Positions 20,166 to 29,720 of a stretch of 64,000 bases of DNA are shown here, piece by piece. Source of the stretch: a bacterium (GTDB lineage: Bacteria; SAR324; NAC60-12); NCBI GenBank assembly GCA_965209155.1, contig OZ242383.1, forward strand, positions 3,072,001 to 3,136,000. The letters are read 5' to 3'. Made by a program: the position numbers and the translations under genes. The notes under the pieces are model-generated. The model was not told where the DNA came from. It saw only the letters and a program-made list of their open reading frames with translations, and made no database searches. How positions within the stretch are numbered: position 1 is the first letter of the stretch; the number at the start of each line of letters is the position of its first letter.

Positions 20166-22241
20166 TTATGATTCCCTGGAAAAAACGATTTTACTCAAAT
20201 CCATGTAATGCGCGGACCAGTTAGCAATCGACCGGCACAAAAACAAACGATTCTGCCGATTGATCAGATCTTTATCCATCACCAGGACTTTGTCAAAAAA
20301 GAGAGTGATTGCGGGTTCCAACTCAAACAGAGTTTGAAAATACTGATTCAAATCCAGGGTTGAATTCGTCAATGGTTCGATTTTTTTCCACAATGCTTTC
20401 TCTTCTGGTTCGGCAAAGGAATCTTTTGAAACCCATTCCGGAATATGACTTTGCGTTTTTGAAATATTTTCTGCTCGGACAATGGCTTCCACTGCGCATT
20501 TGAAGGCGGGAGATTCCAAATGATCTGAGGCCATTTCCGCCAACTGTAGCTGTTGTATCGGTAATAAGGATTTCGCAGCCAATGAGGCTTCAATCACATC
20601 ATAGCGAATCTTGGCTTCCTGCATGAAAAAACGCTGCCGCAGGGCAAAAAATTGTGTCAGTTCCTCAGTGATATTATGAATATTCAGACTCAATCCCTGT
20701 TGTTTATTCAAAATCTCAAGAGAACGAGTGGATAACTCACGAAGGGAAATAAGCAGTTTCGATTCCAACACAATTTGCACTATCCCCTGTGCCATTCGCC
20801 GTAAGGCATAGGGATCTGCAGAACCCGTAGGAATGAGATTGAGAGAAAAGGCGGTGGCCAGCATGTCTGTTTTATCAGCAATGGCTACTGCTACAATTTC
20901 GGGATGCTTTGGAATGCAATCTTGAGCAAATCGGGGATAGTAGTGTTCGCGAATTCCCTGACTGACCAAAGGATCCTCTTTCCACGAGCGAGCATAATGA
21001 GCACCTATAATTCCTTGTAAGGAGGGAAACTCTGAAACCATCTGGGTTTGCAGGTCAAATTTGCACAGGGTTGCAATGCGTTCAACAACGCTTTTTTGTT
21101 GCTCACTCAAACGCAACTGCTCTGACACGAAAATGCTCAGAATTTTCAGCCTTTCAATTCGTTGCGCAATGGAGCCACGTTTGCGAAAAAAAACTACGGA
21201 TTCTGCTTTTTTATTGAAAAAAGATGGGTCACGTTTTTGATCTTCCAGAAAAAAGAATCGAGCGTCATTTAAACGAGCACGAATCACTTTTTCATTTCCC
21301 TTTACTACAATCGATGCATGGTGTTTGTCTCCATTTCGCACTGTAATGAAACCGGGTAGCAGGCGTTGATGTTGATCATAAACGGGAAAATAGCGCTGGT
21401 GTTCAGCCATGGCAGTCACCAGAATTTCAGTAGGCAGTTGTAAAAATTCATTTGCAAAACTACCCAACAACACAGTGGGCCATTCCACCAGATTGGTCAC
21501 TTCTTCCAAAAGATCATTTTCCAAAACGACACAAAAATTATGTCGCTCTTCCAAGACGCTTACCTGCTCGACAATCATCGAACGCCGTTTTTCATGACTG
21601 GCAACAACATGCAACATTTCCATCATAGAGGGATATTGTTCGGCATGAGGTAATAAAACAGGTTTTGGGTGCAAAAAACGATGACCACGCAGTTGATTGT
21701 CGGCAGTGACCATCTCCAGGGAAACAGGCAGGATTTGATCATTCCACAAAGAAATTAACCAGCGTATGGGTCGAATGAATTTCATTTTGTATTGACCCCA
21801 GCGCATGGTGCGGGGAAAAGTGAGCTCCGTGATCCACCCTTTCACATGCCTTTCGATCACTTGGGATGTTGGTTTGCCACGAATTTCCTTACGGATAAAT
21901 AAAAAATCCTTGCCGTGGAATTCTTTGATGTACAATTCTCTGACATCAGCTTGATTTTTCTTCACAAAACCAAGAGCCGCTTTACTCCACTGACCTTTCT
22001 TGTCCCTGGCAATTTGTAAAGGGGGGCCTTTTATTTCTGAGATCAGGTCCTGTTGTTTGTCAGGTAGTCCTTTAACCAATACGGCTAAACGTCGTGGAGA
22101 AGAAAATATCTGTAAAGATTGGAATGGTATTTGGTTTTGTTGACAGGTTGTTTGAATTTTTTCTGCAAGTTGTCGGGCTGAAGGCACGACCAAATCAGCC
22201 GGCAATTCTTCCAAACCAATTTCCAGTAAATAAGCATTCAT
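20166..22241 (-). CDS. glyS: Glycine-tRNA ligase beta subunit
   Basis: LLEIGLEELP, SPRRLAV, FIRPIRW, GNEKVIRARLNDA, PTGSADPYALRR. Confidence 0.95.
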   Translation of the reverse strand: MNAYLLEIGLEELPADLVVPSARQLAEKIQTTCQQNQIPFQSLQIFSSPRRLAVLVKGLPDKQQDLISEIKGPPLQIARDKKGQWSKAALGFVKKNQADVRELYIKEFHGKDFLFIRKEIRGKPTSQVIERHVKGWITELTFPRTMRWGQYKMKFIRPIRWLISLWNDQILPVSLEMVTADNQLRGHRFLHPKPVLLPHAEQYPSMMEMLHVVASHEKRRSMIVEQVSVLEERHNFCVVLENDLLEEVTNLVEWPTVLLGSFANEFLQLPTEILVTAMAEHQRYFPVYDQHQRLLPGFITVRNGDKHHASIVVKGNEKVIRARLNDARFFFLEDQKRDPSFFNKKAESVVFFRKRGSIAQRIERLKILSIFVSEQLRLSEQQKSVVERIATLCKFDLQTQMVSEFPSLQGIIGAHYARSWKEDPLVSQGIREHYYPRFAQDCIPKHPEIVAVAIADKTDMLATAFSLNLIPTGSADPYALRRMAQGIVQIVLESKLLISLRELSTRSLEILNKQQGLSLNIHNITEELTQFFALRQRFFMQEAKIRYDVIEASLAAKSLLPIQQLQLAEMASDHLESPAFKCAVEAIVRAENISKTQSHIPEWVSKDSFAEPEEKALWKKIEPLTNSTLDLNQYFQTLFELEPAITLFFDKVLVMDKDLINRQNRLFLCRSIANWSAHYMDLSKIVFSRES

Positions 22242-23173
22242 TACTGTTTTGTCATTTCCTTGAGCAAGATTTCAGCAGATTGACGATCCTGCAATAAGGG
22301 GAATTCCAGTTTTCGACGTTCTTCCAGGAATGAGACTGCGATTTGATGGGATAGATTTCGCACACGATCGATATAGGTGGCTCGTTCCGAAACACTGATC
22401 ACCCCTGCTGCAACCAACTGATTGAAAACATGGGAGCATTTCAATACATAGTCGTACGCCGGAAAGATCAATTTATGCTCTATGCAACGCCATGCTTCGC
22501 ATTCGAACTGACTGAATTGCGTGAATAAGAAATCCCCTTCAAGGACCTCAAAGGTATATTTGGAATGTTCAAATTCTGCCTGTCTGAAAATCGCATTGTA
22601 AGAAATCCGTTCAGCAAACTCCAGTTCAAAGACATTTTCTTTTCCTTGCAGATAAGAAGCCAATCGTTCCAATCCATAGGTCAGTTCTACTGAAACCGGA
22701 TGGCATTCCAATCCACCCATTTGCTGAAAATACGTGAATTGGGTCACTTCCATACCATCAAGCCAAATTTCCCATCCTAAACCCCAAGCTCCTAATGTGG
22801 GGGATTCCCAGTTGTCTTCGACAAAACGAATGTCATGTTCCAAGGGATTCAAATCCAGTTCCTGCAAGGAATTCAGGTAGATGTCTTGAATATCATCCGG
22901 AATCGGTTTCAAGATAACCTGATATTGGTGGTGTTGATAGAGACGATTCGGATTGCCTCCGTATCGTCCGTCTGCAGGTCGACGGGAGGGTTCTACATAG
23001 GCGGCTCTCCAATGTTCTGGACCAATGGTACGCAGAAAGGTGGCTGGATTCATTGTTCCAGCCCCGGTTTCGATATCGTACGGGTTCATTATTAAACAAC
23101 CATGCTCTGACCAAAACCGGTGTAAAGTCATAATGATATCCTGCAAAGTATAAGACCTTTTTCTACCTGTCAT
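22241..23173 (-). CDS. glyQ: Glycine-tRNA ligase alpha subunit
   Basis: [53 protein letters not shown] 23173 is the likely start. Confidence 0.95.
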   Translation of the reverse strand: MTGRKRSYTLQDIIMTLHRFWSEHGCLIMNPYDIETGAGTMNPATFLRTIGPEHWRAAYVEPSRRPADGRYGGNPNRLYQHHQYQVILKPIPDDIQDIYLNSLQELDLNPLEHDIRFVEDNWESPTLGAWGLGWEIWLDGMEVTQFTYFQQMGGLECHPVSVELTYGLERLASYLQGKENVFELEFAERISYNAIFRQAEFEHSKYTFEVLEGDFLFTQFSQFECEAWRCIEHKLIFPAYDYVLKCSHVFNQLVAAGVISVSERATYIDRVRNLSHQIAVSFLEERRKLEFPLLQDRQSAEILLKEMTKQ

Positions 23174-23217
23174 AGCAAAACCTGGAAGAGATGGGAATAT
23201 TTGGTCAGATGCGAAAC

Positions 23218-24510
23218 TCAATTGATTGTCCCTGTTCTCGATAGTTCGTGCCTTGTCGCACAGAGAAATTTTGTCCTCAGGAAGGATAAGAATTGTTCGA
23301 CCACAGGAAGCACCATTTGAGCTGAGACTGTCGGCAATGCATCAAAACCATGCCCTACCCAAGGTAATTTCAGTAATACCAAGGATGGTGTATCTGCTTT
23401 ACGTAAAGCATCATGGAATCGTAAAGTTTCGTCAGTTGCGATCAGGGAGTCAATCTCTCCCTGGATAAGCATGAAAGGAGGAGGATTTTTTGATATCCTC
23501 CGTATAGGGGACGCTTGGCGGAATTTTGCAGGATTTCTATGAGGTGTGCTGCGCATAGCCGTTTTCAGAACATTTTGCAATGGCAAATTGGATTTTTTTT
23601 CAAAGTGTGTTTCAAGATCATAAATTCCATAAAAAGCCACACAGCCTTGAACCGTGGTGTCTACATCCGCAAATTCAGGCTGAAATTCCACATCCCCTGG
23701 AGTCAATGCAGTGAGAGCGGCAAGATGCGCTCCTGCTGAGCCTCCCGTAACGACTAAAAAATTGGGATCGGCTCCATAAGATTTTCCATTTGTCTTTATC
23801 CAATGGATGGCTCGCTTGCAGTCAATCAAATGATCCGGGAACACTGCTTGTGGGCTCAATCGATAAGAAATTGAAAAACAGATCCACCCTCGAGCTGCCA
23901 TTCTCACCATCAGGGGAATTCCCTGATTGTTTTTACCAATTGTCCAGGCACCTCCATGGATCTGAAGCAGTACTGGACAATCACTGGCATGATGTCTTGG
24001 GCGGTAGATATCCAAAGTCAAGGAAATGCCCTGATCATGATAGAAAGGAATATTTGAAATGATTTCAATCCGAGCGTCTTTCAATAGTAGGAAGGGGTTC
24101 CAATAGATTCTCCAATTGATGGAAGTGGCAGAAACTGTTTTTGGGTAATCCTCTACTTGAAGCTGCTCATAATCAGCGCCCAATGCAGCCTTCATTTGCT
24201 GGTCAACCAATAGCTTCAGGCGAATGAGGAGTCGAAAGCGCCATCCCAACGGAATCCAGCTGAGCAACAAGAGAAGTAAAGCAAATTGCCCAAGTTTGCT
24301 TTCCAGTGCGCCTGCAATAAAGAAAAAAAATGTAACTCCCAGATTGAAAACAATCCAATGCAGGGCCAAGTCCCCTATCAACCAACTAGCAGCAAAAATC
24401 GACAAAACAAACAGCCTGTTATCACTCCAGTGAACAGGCTGAAAGACGTTGACAGTGAGCAGCGCGCAGAAGACGCTCCAAAGCAAAAAAAATAATGCCA
24501 TGCAACTCAC
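23218..24510 (-). CDS. Membrane-anchored alpha/beta hydrolase (esterase/lipase)
   Basis: N-terminal TM helices, IHGGAW, GGSAG nucleophile motif, GHGFD. Confidence 0.85.
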   Translation of the reverse strand: MSCMALFFLLWSVFCALLTVNVFQPVHWSDNRLFVLSIFAASWLIGDLALHWIVFNLGVTFFFFIAGALESKLGQFALLLLLLSWIPLGWRFRLLIRLKLLVDQQMKAALGADYEQLQVEDYPKTVSATSINWRIYWNPFLLLKDARIEIISNIPFYHDQGISLTLDIYRPRHHASDCPVLLQIHGGAWTIGKNNQGIPLMVRMAARGWICFSISYRLSPQAVFPDHLIDCKRAIHWIKTNGKSYGADPNFLVVTGGSAGAHLAALTALTPGDVEFQPEFADVDTTVQGCVAFYGIYDLETHFEKKSNLPLQNVLKTAMRSTPHRNPAKFRQASPIRRISKNPPPFMLIQGEIDSLIATDETLRFHDALRKADTPSLVLLKLPWVGHGFDALPTVSAQMVLPVVEQFLSFLRTKFLCATRHELSRTGTIN

Positions 24511-24539
24511 TTTCAGGACTCAAGGGAGAAACACGCAAA

Positions 24540-24932
24540 CTAGCGTTTTGAATACTGATATCGTTTGCGAGCCCCGGGCTGACCATATTTTTTTCGTTCA
24601 ACCTGTCTGGCATCACGTGTCAGCATCTTTGCTTTTTTCAAAATCGGACGAAGCCCTTCATCCAATTCCTGCAATGCCTTTGCGATCCCATGCCGAATGG
24701 CTCCGGCTTGACCGGATAATCCACCTCCCTGAACATTGACAAATAGATCAAAGTGTCCCACTGTCTCCGTCAATTCCAGTGGCTGGTGAACGATCATTCG
24801 CAAGGTTTTCCTGGCAAAATAATCATCAACACTTTTATTATTGACAGTGATTTGTCCCTCTCCGGGGCGTAAATAGACACGTGCAATCGAACTTTTACGA
24901 CGTCCCGTTCCATAATATTGTTCCACGGCCAT
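24540..24932 (-). CDS. rpsI: 30S ribosomal protein S9
   Basis: [32 protein letters not shown]...QYSKR. Confidence 0.97.
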   Translation of the reverse strand: MAVEQYYGTGRRKSSIARVYLRPGEGQITVNNKSVDDYFARKTLRMIVHQPLELTETVGHFDLFVNVQGGGLSGQAGAIRHGIAKALQELDEGLRPILKKAKMLTRDARQVERKKYGQPGARKRYQYSKR

Positions 24933-24938
24933 CTTCAA

Positions 24939-25391
24939 TTATCCTTTCAACTCTAATGGTTGCGGATCTTGTGCTTCATGCGGATGTTGAGAACCAGTAT
25001 AAATTTTTAACTTGCGCAGTGCTGTTCGATTGAGGGCGTTCTTGGACATCATTCCTTTGACTGCATTATAAACCAATGCGGTTGGCTTTTTTTTCAGAAG
25101 TTCTTGTGCCTTCGCTTGTCTCAATCCACCGGGATATCCCGTATGGTGATAATAAATTTTGTCTTTCATCTTCTTTCCGGTCAAAACCACCTTTTCCGCA
25201 TTAACAACCACCACGTAATCTCCCGTATCAACATGGGGCGTGTAAATCGGTTTATGCTTCCCTCTTAGCAAATTGGCAACCTGCGTGGCCAAACGTCCCA
25301 ATGTTTTTCCCTCTCCATCCACCAACCACCATTGGCGGGAATGGGTGCCATTTTGTAGATCTTCTTTATTTATCGACCTTGTTTTCATCAT
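24939..25391 (-). CDS. rplM: 50S ribosomal protein L13
   Basis: [38 protein letters not shown]. Confidence 0.97.
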   Translation of the reverse strand: MMKTRSINKEDLQNGTHSRQWWLVDGEGKTLGRLATQVANLLRGKHKPIYTPHVDTGDYVVVVNAEKVVLTGKKMKDKIYYHHTGYPGGLRQAKAQELLKKKPTALVYNAVKGMMSKNALNRTALRKLKIYTGSQHPHEAQDPQPLELKG

Positions 25392-25520
25392 GCTTGCTGA
25401 TTGTTGACATCCAAATTTCACGTCCGATAGAAATGCAAACTTTTATGATAACAGCAGGATTAATAGGATTTCAAGTTTTTTCTTGCCCGAGGGTGTAATT
25501 AAAAGTGAGGATCATCTCAA

Positions 25521-25835
25521 TTAAGCCCTTTGAAGTTGTTGCCAATAACAATCCCATTTTCCATAGGCTCTTACCACCCTGAGTTGAATCATCTGATCGG
25601 CATGTTGTTTTTTCCACCAAGCGCCCGGGAGTTTGAGACGTTTTTGGATGAGGGAACGATGGGTGCTTTCAATTTTTCCAGAGCCGATAGGGAGTTGTTG
25701 ATCAATAGATGTTATGTATTAAACTGTCCGGGACGATTTTTCATTTAACGTACCAAAGCGCGAATGGGGGCCTGTTCATTGGGAATAGATTCAGGTTCTT
25801 GCCTGGATATAAACTGCTCTAACACGCTGTCAGCT
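25521..25835 (-). pseudogene. 3' remnant of an ISKra4/UPF0236-like transposase
   Basis: Manual translation: ...EPESIPNEQAPIRALVR*MKNRPGQFN, frameshift, IDQQLPIGSGKIESTHRSLIQKRLKLPGAWWKKQHADQMIQLRVVRAYGKWDCYWQQLQRA*. Confidence 0.7.
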
Positions 25836-26057
25836 CCTCTCTCCTCCAAGGAATGGGGGGAGGGTATCGCAAGGAGTTTCATCAAGGAAATACAATCGAG
25901 AAAATAAAAGACAAATTAATATTTGCCCCCTTTCCAATACCCATTTCAAATTCCTGATCAGAACAATTAATTAATCTCATTAAACCACCAGCTCTGCTGG
26001 TGCGAACCTAATAGGCTTTGCCGGTCAGTCATGAGAAACGTATCCGTGTCCGTGGGC

Positions 26058-26458
26058 CGTGCTCGTGCTCGTGAACGGTCAGTGAAATCGACGGCACATT
26101 TTGGTTAACATAGAAACAATGCGATGAAGTAACTGTTTTCCTTCGTCAAATAAAGAAGGCTGGATGATCTTCAACACGTTTAAAACATCGAGAATAGTAG
26201 CGCATTCCATTACGGAACCTCGGGCAAACGCATAGAATCGTTGCTTGTCAGGAAGGGAATTTTTTCCACAGCCTTCTGCGATATTGAGAGAAATCGACCA
26301 TGAGGCCCTTTTCAGTTGGTCAACTAAGGCTGAGTATCCTTTTGGCAATGTTTCGATGACTTGGACAGATAACGCTAAAAATTCGATGGAACATGGGTAT
26401 ACATCGAGTTTTTCATGATCTAACATGGCAGCCTTTTTCGTTCACGAGCACGAGCACG
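26058..26458. repeat. Perfect 20-bp inverted repeat of CACGAG hexamers bracketing the four-helix-bundle gene
   Basis: CGTGCTCGTGCTCGTGAACG (26058-26077) and CGTTCACGAGCACGAGCACG (26439-26458). Confidence 0.85.
26079..26426 (-). CDS. Four-helix-bundle protein (23S rRNA intervening-sequence protein family)
   Basis: HEKLDVY, DQLKRASWSISLNIAEG, ARGSVMEC. Confidence 0.85.
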   Translation of the reverse strand: MLDHEKLDVYPCSIEFLALSVQVIETLPKGYSALVDQLKRASWSISLNIAEGCGKNSLPDKQRFYAFARGSVMECATILDVLNVLKIIQPSLFDEGKQLLHRIVSMLTKMCRRFH

Positions 26459-26534
26459 TCTTACGATGACGAACACGTTTTGCCCCCATCCTGGGGGCCT
26501 CTTCAAGCCACCGGCAGAGCCGGTGGTGATGACT

Positions 26535-27177
26535 TCATCCTCCCGGCCGTAAAGCCCCGGGGCGATCTGCAGTTCTTTAGGCATATCATGGCGGCCCAGG
26601 GGGAAGTCAGGCAGGCTCCCCTGGTTTTCCAGTTGCTCCACACATGCCAGGAGATCGGCTGAAAGGCCCGAGTGACTCTGGTAGCGCGCTTCGGCACGCT
26701 TGGCCATCAGTTTCATCACCATATTAGAAAGGGTTTTGAGCACCTGCGGCGCCTTCTGGTCAAGGGATAGAGGCTGCCGGGCATTGTGAGCGTGGACGAT
26801 TTCCATGACCTCCCGGGATTGGAATGGTACTCTCCCGCTGAAAAGTTCATAGAGGGTGACCCCCAGGGAATAAAAATCACTGCGATAATCGAGTACCCGG
26901 TTCATCCGGCCGGTCTGATCGGGGGAGATATAGGGCAGGGATTCCCCGCTTAGCCGGGGACTCAACGTCGTCAAATTTTCCTTAGGCAACCGGGTGGCCA
27001 GACCGAAGCCGGTCAGTTTGACCGTTCCCGATGCCGGATCGACAAAAATATTGAACGGATTGATCATTTTATGCAGGATGTCCCGCTGGTGCACTTCTTT
27101 CAGGGTGCCGGCCAGTGAAACCGCTACCTTCAGCGAGTCCAGCAGGTCGAGCCGGGCGGTATCCATCAGCTTTCTTA
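26535..27177 (-). pseudogene. Fragment (kinase C-lobe to GLYGREDE) of a third giant activator copy
   Basis: Near-identical to the kinase regions of the genes at 35868 and 53806. Cut at its 3' end by the cassette; its 5' end is joined directly to the 170-bp repeat. Confidence 0.9.
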
Positions 27178-27393
27178 AATAGATAGCAATTCCTCTGCAA
27201 TGTCAGAAGCTCAATCGTGTTGATCAAGCGGATAGACAGTAAACAAATAGAACGCAATCTGTCAACGGAATTGTTTTTCGGGTGGATGGCCGAATCCAGG
27301 AGAGATGAAATGAGGAGTAGCTTATCGAACTTGGGTCTAATTGCGATACCAAATAGATAGCAATTCCTCTGAAATGTCAGGAGCTGGATTGCC
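27177..27393. repeat. ~174-bp repeat unit plus a partial unit; same family as 59623-60035
   Basis: AAATAGATAGCAATTCCTCTG(C/A)AATGTCAG recurs at 27177 and 27351. Confidence 0.85.
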
Positions 27394-27494
27394 ACAGGTG
27401 CTATCGTTTTGTATAATTTTTGATTTTCCGATGTTGCTGGCGTAGGACTCCGCTTTTCTGATGTGTTATTCCTGCAGTTCCGGAGAGCGGTCCA

Positions 27495-27791
27495 TTAGAA
27501 TAACTGACCGGACCAAAGCTTCCCCAAAAACATCTGCCAAGGGACGATTTCGATACCATCCCTGGTTATCCTTTCATTTAAATCCAATGAGACAACCAGA
27601 TAGCGCTGCAACAAACCTTCTTCCTTCAACGCCCGTAGTCCTTTCAGGTGATTTTCGCTTAAATAGGTCCCCACGTAACTTGCCAGCTCTTCCTCTGCAT
27701 CCGGATTGCCTTATATGTAAGGAAGACCGCCTGTATTGAGGTAGGTCAGCAAATCGAAATCCGGGATCTCTGAAAAGGTTAGCGGGAACAA
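27495..27791 (-). pseudogene. Internally deleted AAA_14/DUF4143 ATPase remnant
   Basis: Manual translation: LFPLTFSEIPDFDLLTYLNTGGLPYI*GNPDAEEELASYVGTYL joined to SENHLKGLRALKEEGLLQRYLVVSLD...IEIVPWQMFLGKLWSGQLF*. Confidence 0.65.
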
Positions 27792-27938
27792 GTAAAGCTA
27801 AGGTCGCTACAAATTTTTGATTTTTCTACTATGTAGAGACCTATTTCGAGGACTTTTTCCCGTCCGGGGCGGGAAGGATCGGGCAAAGATGGCCTGAAGA
27901 CGGGATGCGAAAATGTGAAGTTATTTTTGAGTGAGCCC

Positions 27939-28790
27939 TTAGTCCTTGACGGTCAGGTATATCCCGTGGGGGTCTATCTGGTTCCTGATCATGTCGACTT
28001 CTTGCTCGGAGGGCCGCTCAGTCTCAGGGACTTTCTCGGGTATGACCAGGTCAAATCCCGTGTTCTCCTTGACACGCTCAACAGTGACGCCGGGATGCAC
28101 CGAAACCAGTCGCATCTGTTTGGTCGTCTCTTCAAAGTCTAAGGCAGCCAGGTTAGAGTAAACCTTGATCGCCTGCTTTGGTGGGAGGCCTGCCTTTTCC
28201 CTGGAGTCGCCGCCCTTCAGATAGCCGACGCTTGAAATGAAGTCGGCCTTTTCGACGAAGACCCTCTTCTCATGGGAGTGCTGGAGAATAAAGCTGGTCT
28301 CGGCGAACATCATCTGTTCCGGCTGTGCCTGAAGCTGCCCCAGGAAGACCTTTGGTTTATGGTAGTCCCCGATGAAGGTACAATTGAGGTTGCCGTATTG
28401 GTCTACCTGCGCCCCGGCTGAGAAGGCATTGGTGAGTCTGGGACAATGTTCGAGCCCCGGATTGACTAAGTTTGGCCACGTCCCCACTATCCCCTCCGAC
28501 CTGATCTTCGGAGAACGCATTTCCTCTCTATTACGCGTTTCATCTATCCTACGGTTAAAAGTGATGCCATCGATCCAGTAGTAGTTCGGTGCATAACCCA
28601 TCCTTTTTGCCAGGGTGACCGCAACCATGGGGATTCCTATGATGTAAGTGAATGACCTCCCGGCTCCCCTCGTTACCCCGATGTGCGCCTGTCCGTAATC
28701 CTTCATCTGTCGAGCAATATTCACAGCGATGAGTTCTGGAATGGTACAATCTTTTGCGTAAACCTTTTTCTGCATATCAAACTCTCCCAA
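27939..28790 (-). CDS. Class I CoA-transferase beta-like subunit (GctB-like, divergent)
   Basis: GAQVDQYGNLN, FVEKADFISSVGY, SVHPGVTVERVKENTGFDL. Confidence 0.85.
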   Translation of the reverse strand: MGEFDMQKKVYAKDCTIPELIAVNIARQMKDYGQAHIGVTRGAGRSFTYIIGIPMVAVTLAKRMGYAPNYYWIDGITFNRRIDETRNREEMRSPKIRSEGIVGTWPNLVNPGLEHCPRLTNAFSAGAQVDQYGNLNCTFIGDYHKPKVFLGQLQAQPEQMMFAETSFILQHSHEKRVFVEKADFISSVGYLKGGDSREKAGLPPKQAIKVYSNLAALDFEETTKQMRLVSVHPGVTVERVKENTGFDLVIPEKVPETERPSEQEVDMIRNQIDPHGIYLTVKD

Positions 28791-29658
28791 TATGTCTCAA
28801 TTCCATCAATCTTTCCAGGCCAATGAGATTTAGATAGCCCCAGTGATCCTCTATGCCAAAAACAAACTTATCCATATATTCCTTGAACCCCTTTGCTTCC
28901 TGAGCCATCTCAACGTACTTGGTGAGGTGATCCTGATCGGCCTCGTAGTAGGGGTCCCACTCTCCTTCAAGGCTATAGGGATGGACTCCAAAGGGAACCT
29001 TCACCACAGCATCCACTAACGATCCAGGTATCGCCGTTTTATGAGGAAACCGCATGACCTCATCATTACTGATTATCTCCTCCACCGTGATGATCGTCTT
29101 CGAGGCCATCAACGCCGGCTCAAATAAGGGGCCATATCCATTGAACATCTGCACGGTTCCTTCGGGAGAGGCGGCTACCGCGTGGGATATAAATACATCT
29201 ATTTTGGGTGCGCGCAACACCACGTGTTTTTCGCCCGTAAAGGGGCATACAATCTCCTGGGCATCCCCCATCTCCTCCAAGGACTTAAAAACATCTGTTT
29301 TCAGGAGACTCCTCTGAACCGCGAAGGTGTTCCCTAAGCCCACGGCCCGTACCATCTCCATCCAAGCCGCCTCTGAATGGGGCGTTGCTTTTATTTCGCC
29401 CCTCTCCACAGCCCTACGGAAGTTAGGAGCGTTGAGATAGTCGAACGAATGGCATTTGTATCGCTTGACACGGCTAAGTCCCGCCAACATGTCAAGGGCT
29501 TGCGCGGGGGCCTCTGCTCCTTCTATGAATAGATTGGTTGCTCCCTGCCTGATAATCTCACGAACCATCGCCATCGCTGGGATTTTGTCGGATAGATTTA
29601 CCGTATCTCCGGTCTTGACCAGTTTTGCTGCTTCTGAAATACTTAAAACTTTAGTCAT
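28777..29658 (-). CDS. Class I CoA-transferase alpha-like subunit (GctA-like)
   Basis: SISEAAKLVKTGD, CPFTGE, ITVEEI, VDAVVKVPFGVHP. Confidence 0.85.
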   Translation of the reverse strand: MTKVLSISEAAKLVKTGDTVNLSDKIPAMAMVREIIRQGATNLFIEGAEAPAQALDMLAGLSRVKRYKCHSFDYLNAPNFRRAVERGEIKATPHSEAAWMEMVRAVGLGNTFAVQRSLLKTDVFKSLEEMGDAQEIVCPFTGEKHVVLRAPKIDVFISHAVAASPEGTVQMFNGYGPLFEPALMASKTIITVEEIISNDEVMRFPHKTAIPGSLVDAVVKVPFGVHPYSLEGEWDPYYEADQDHLTKYVEMAQEAKGFKEYMDKFVFGIEDHWGYLNLIGLERLMELRHIGRV

Positions 29659-29720
29659 ATTCTTTTCCCATATTCTTATATTGTAACTGAGCGTTCGCTA
29701 GTTTTTATGGCAAAAAAGAT

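Larger units (their letters stand above)
25981..26534. mobile_element. Non-autonomous IS200/IS605-like cassette carrying a four-helix-bundle gene (copy 1)
   Basis: Subterminal hairpins CACCAGC-TCT-GCTGGTG (25986-26002) and CCACCGGC-AGA-GCCGGTGG (26508-26526); second copy at 42262-42815; no transposase inside. Confidence 0.55.

Noticed and set aside
25530..25748. Plus-strand ORFs 25530-25748 and 27461-27739
   Set aside because: Antisense shadows of the transposase and DUF4143 pseudogenes.
26079..26426. DGR accessory protein (Avd) / diversity-generating retroelement
   Set aside because: Related fold, but there is no reverse transcriptase, and differences between duplicated blocks are not adenine-specific as far as I can see.
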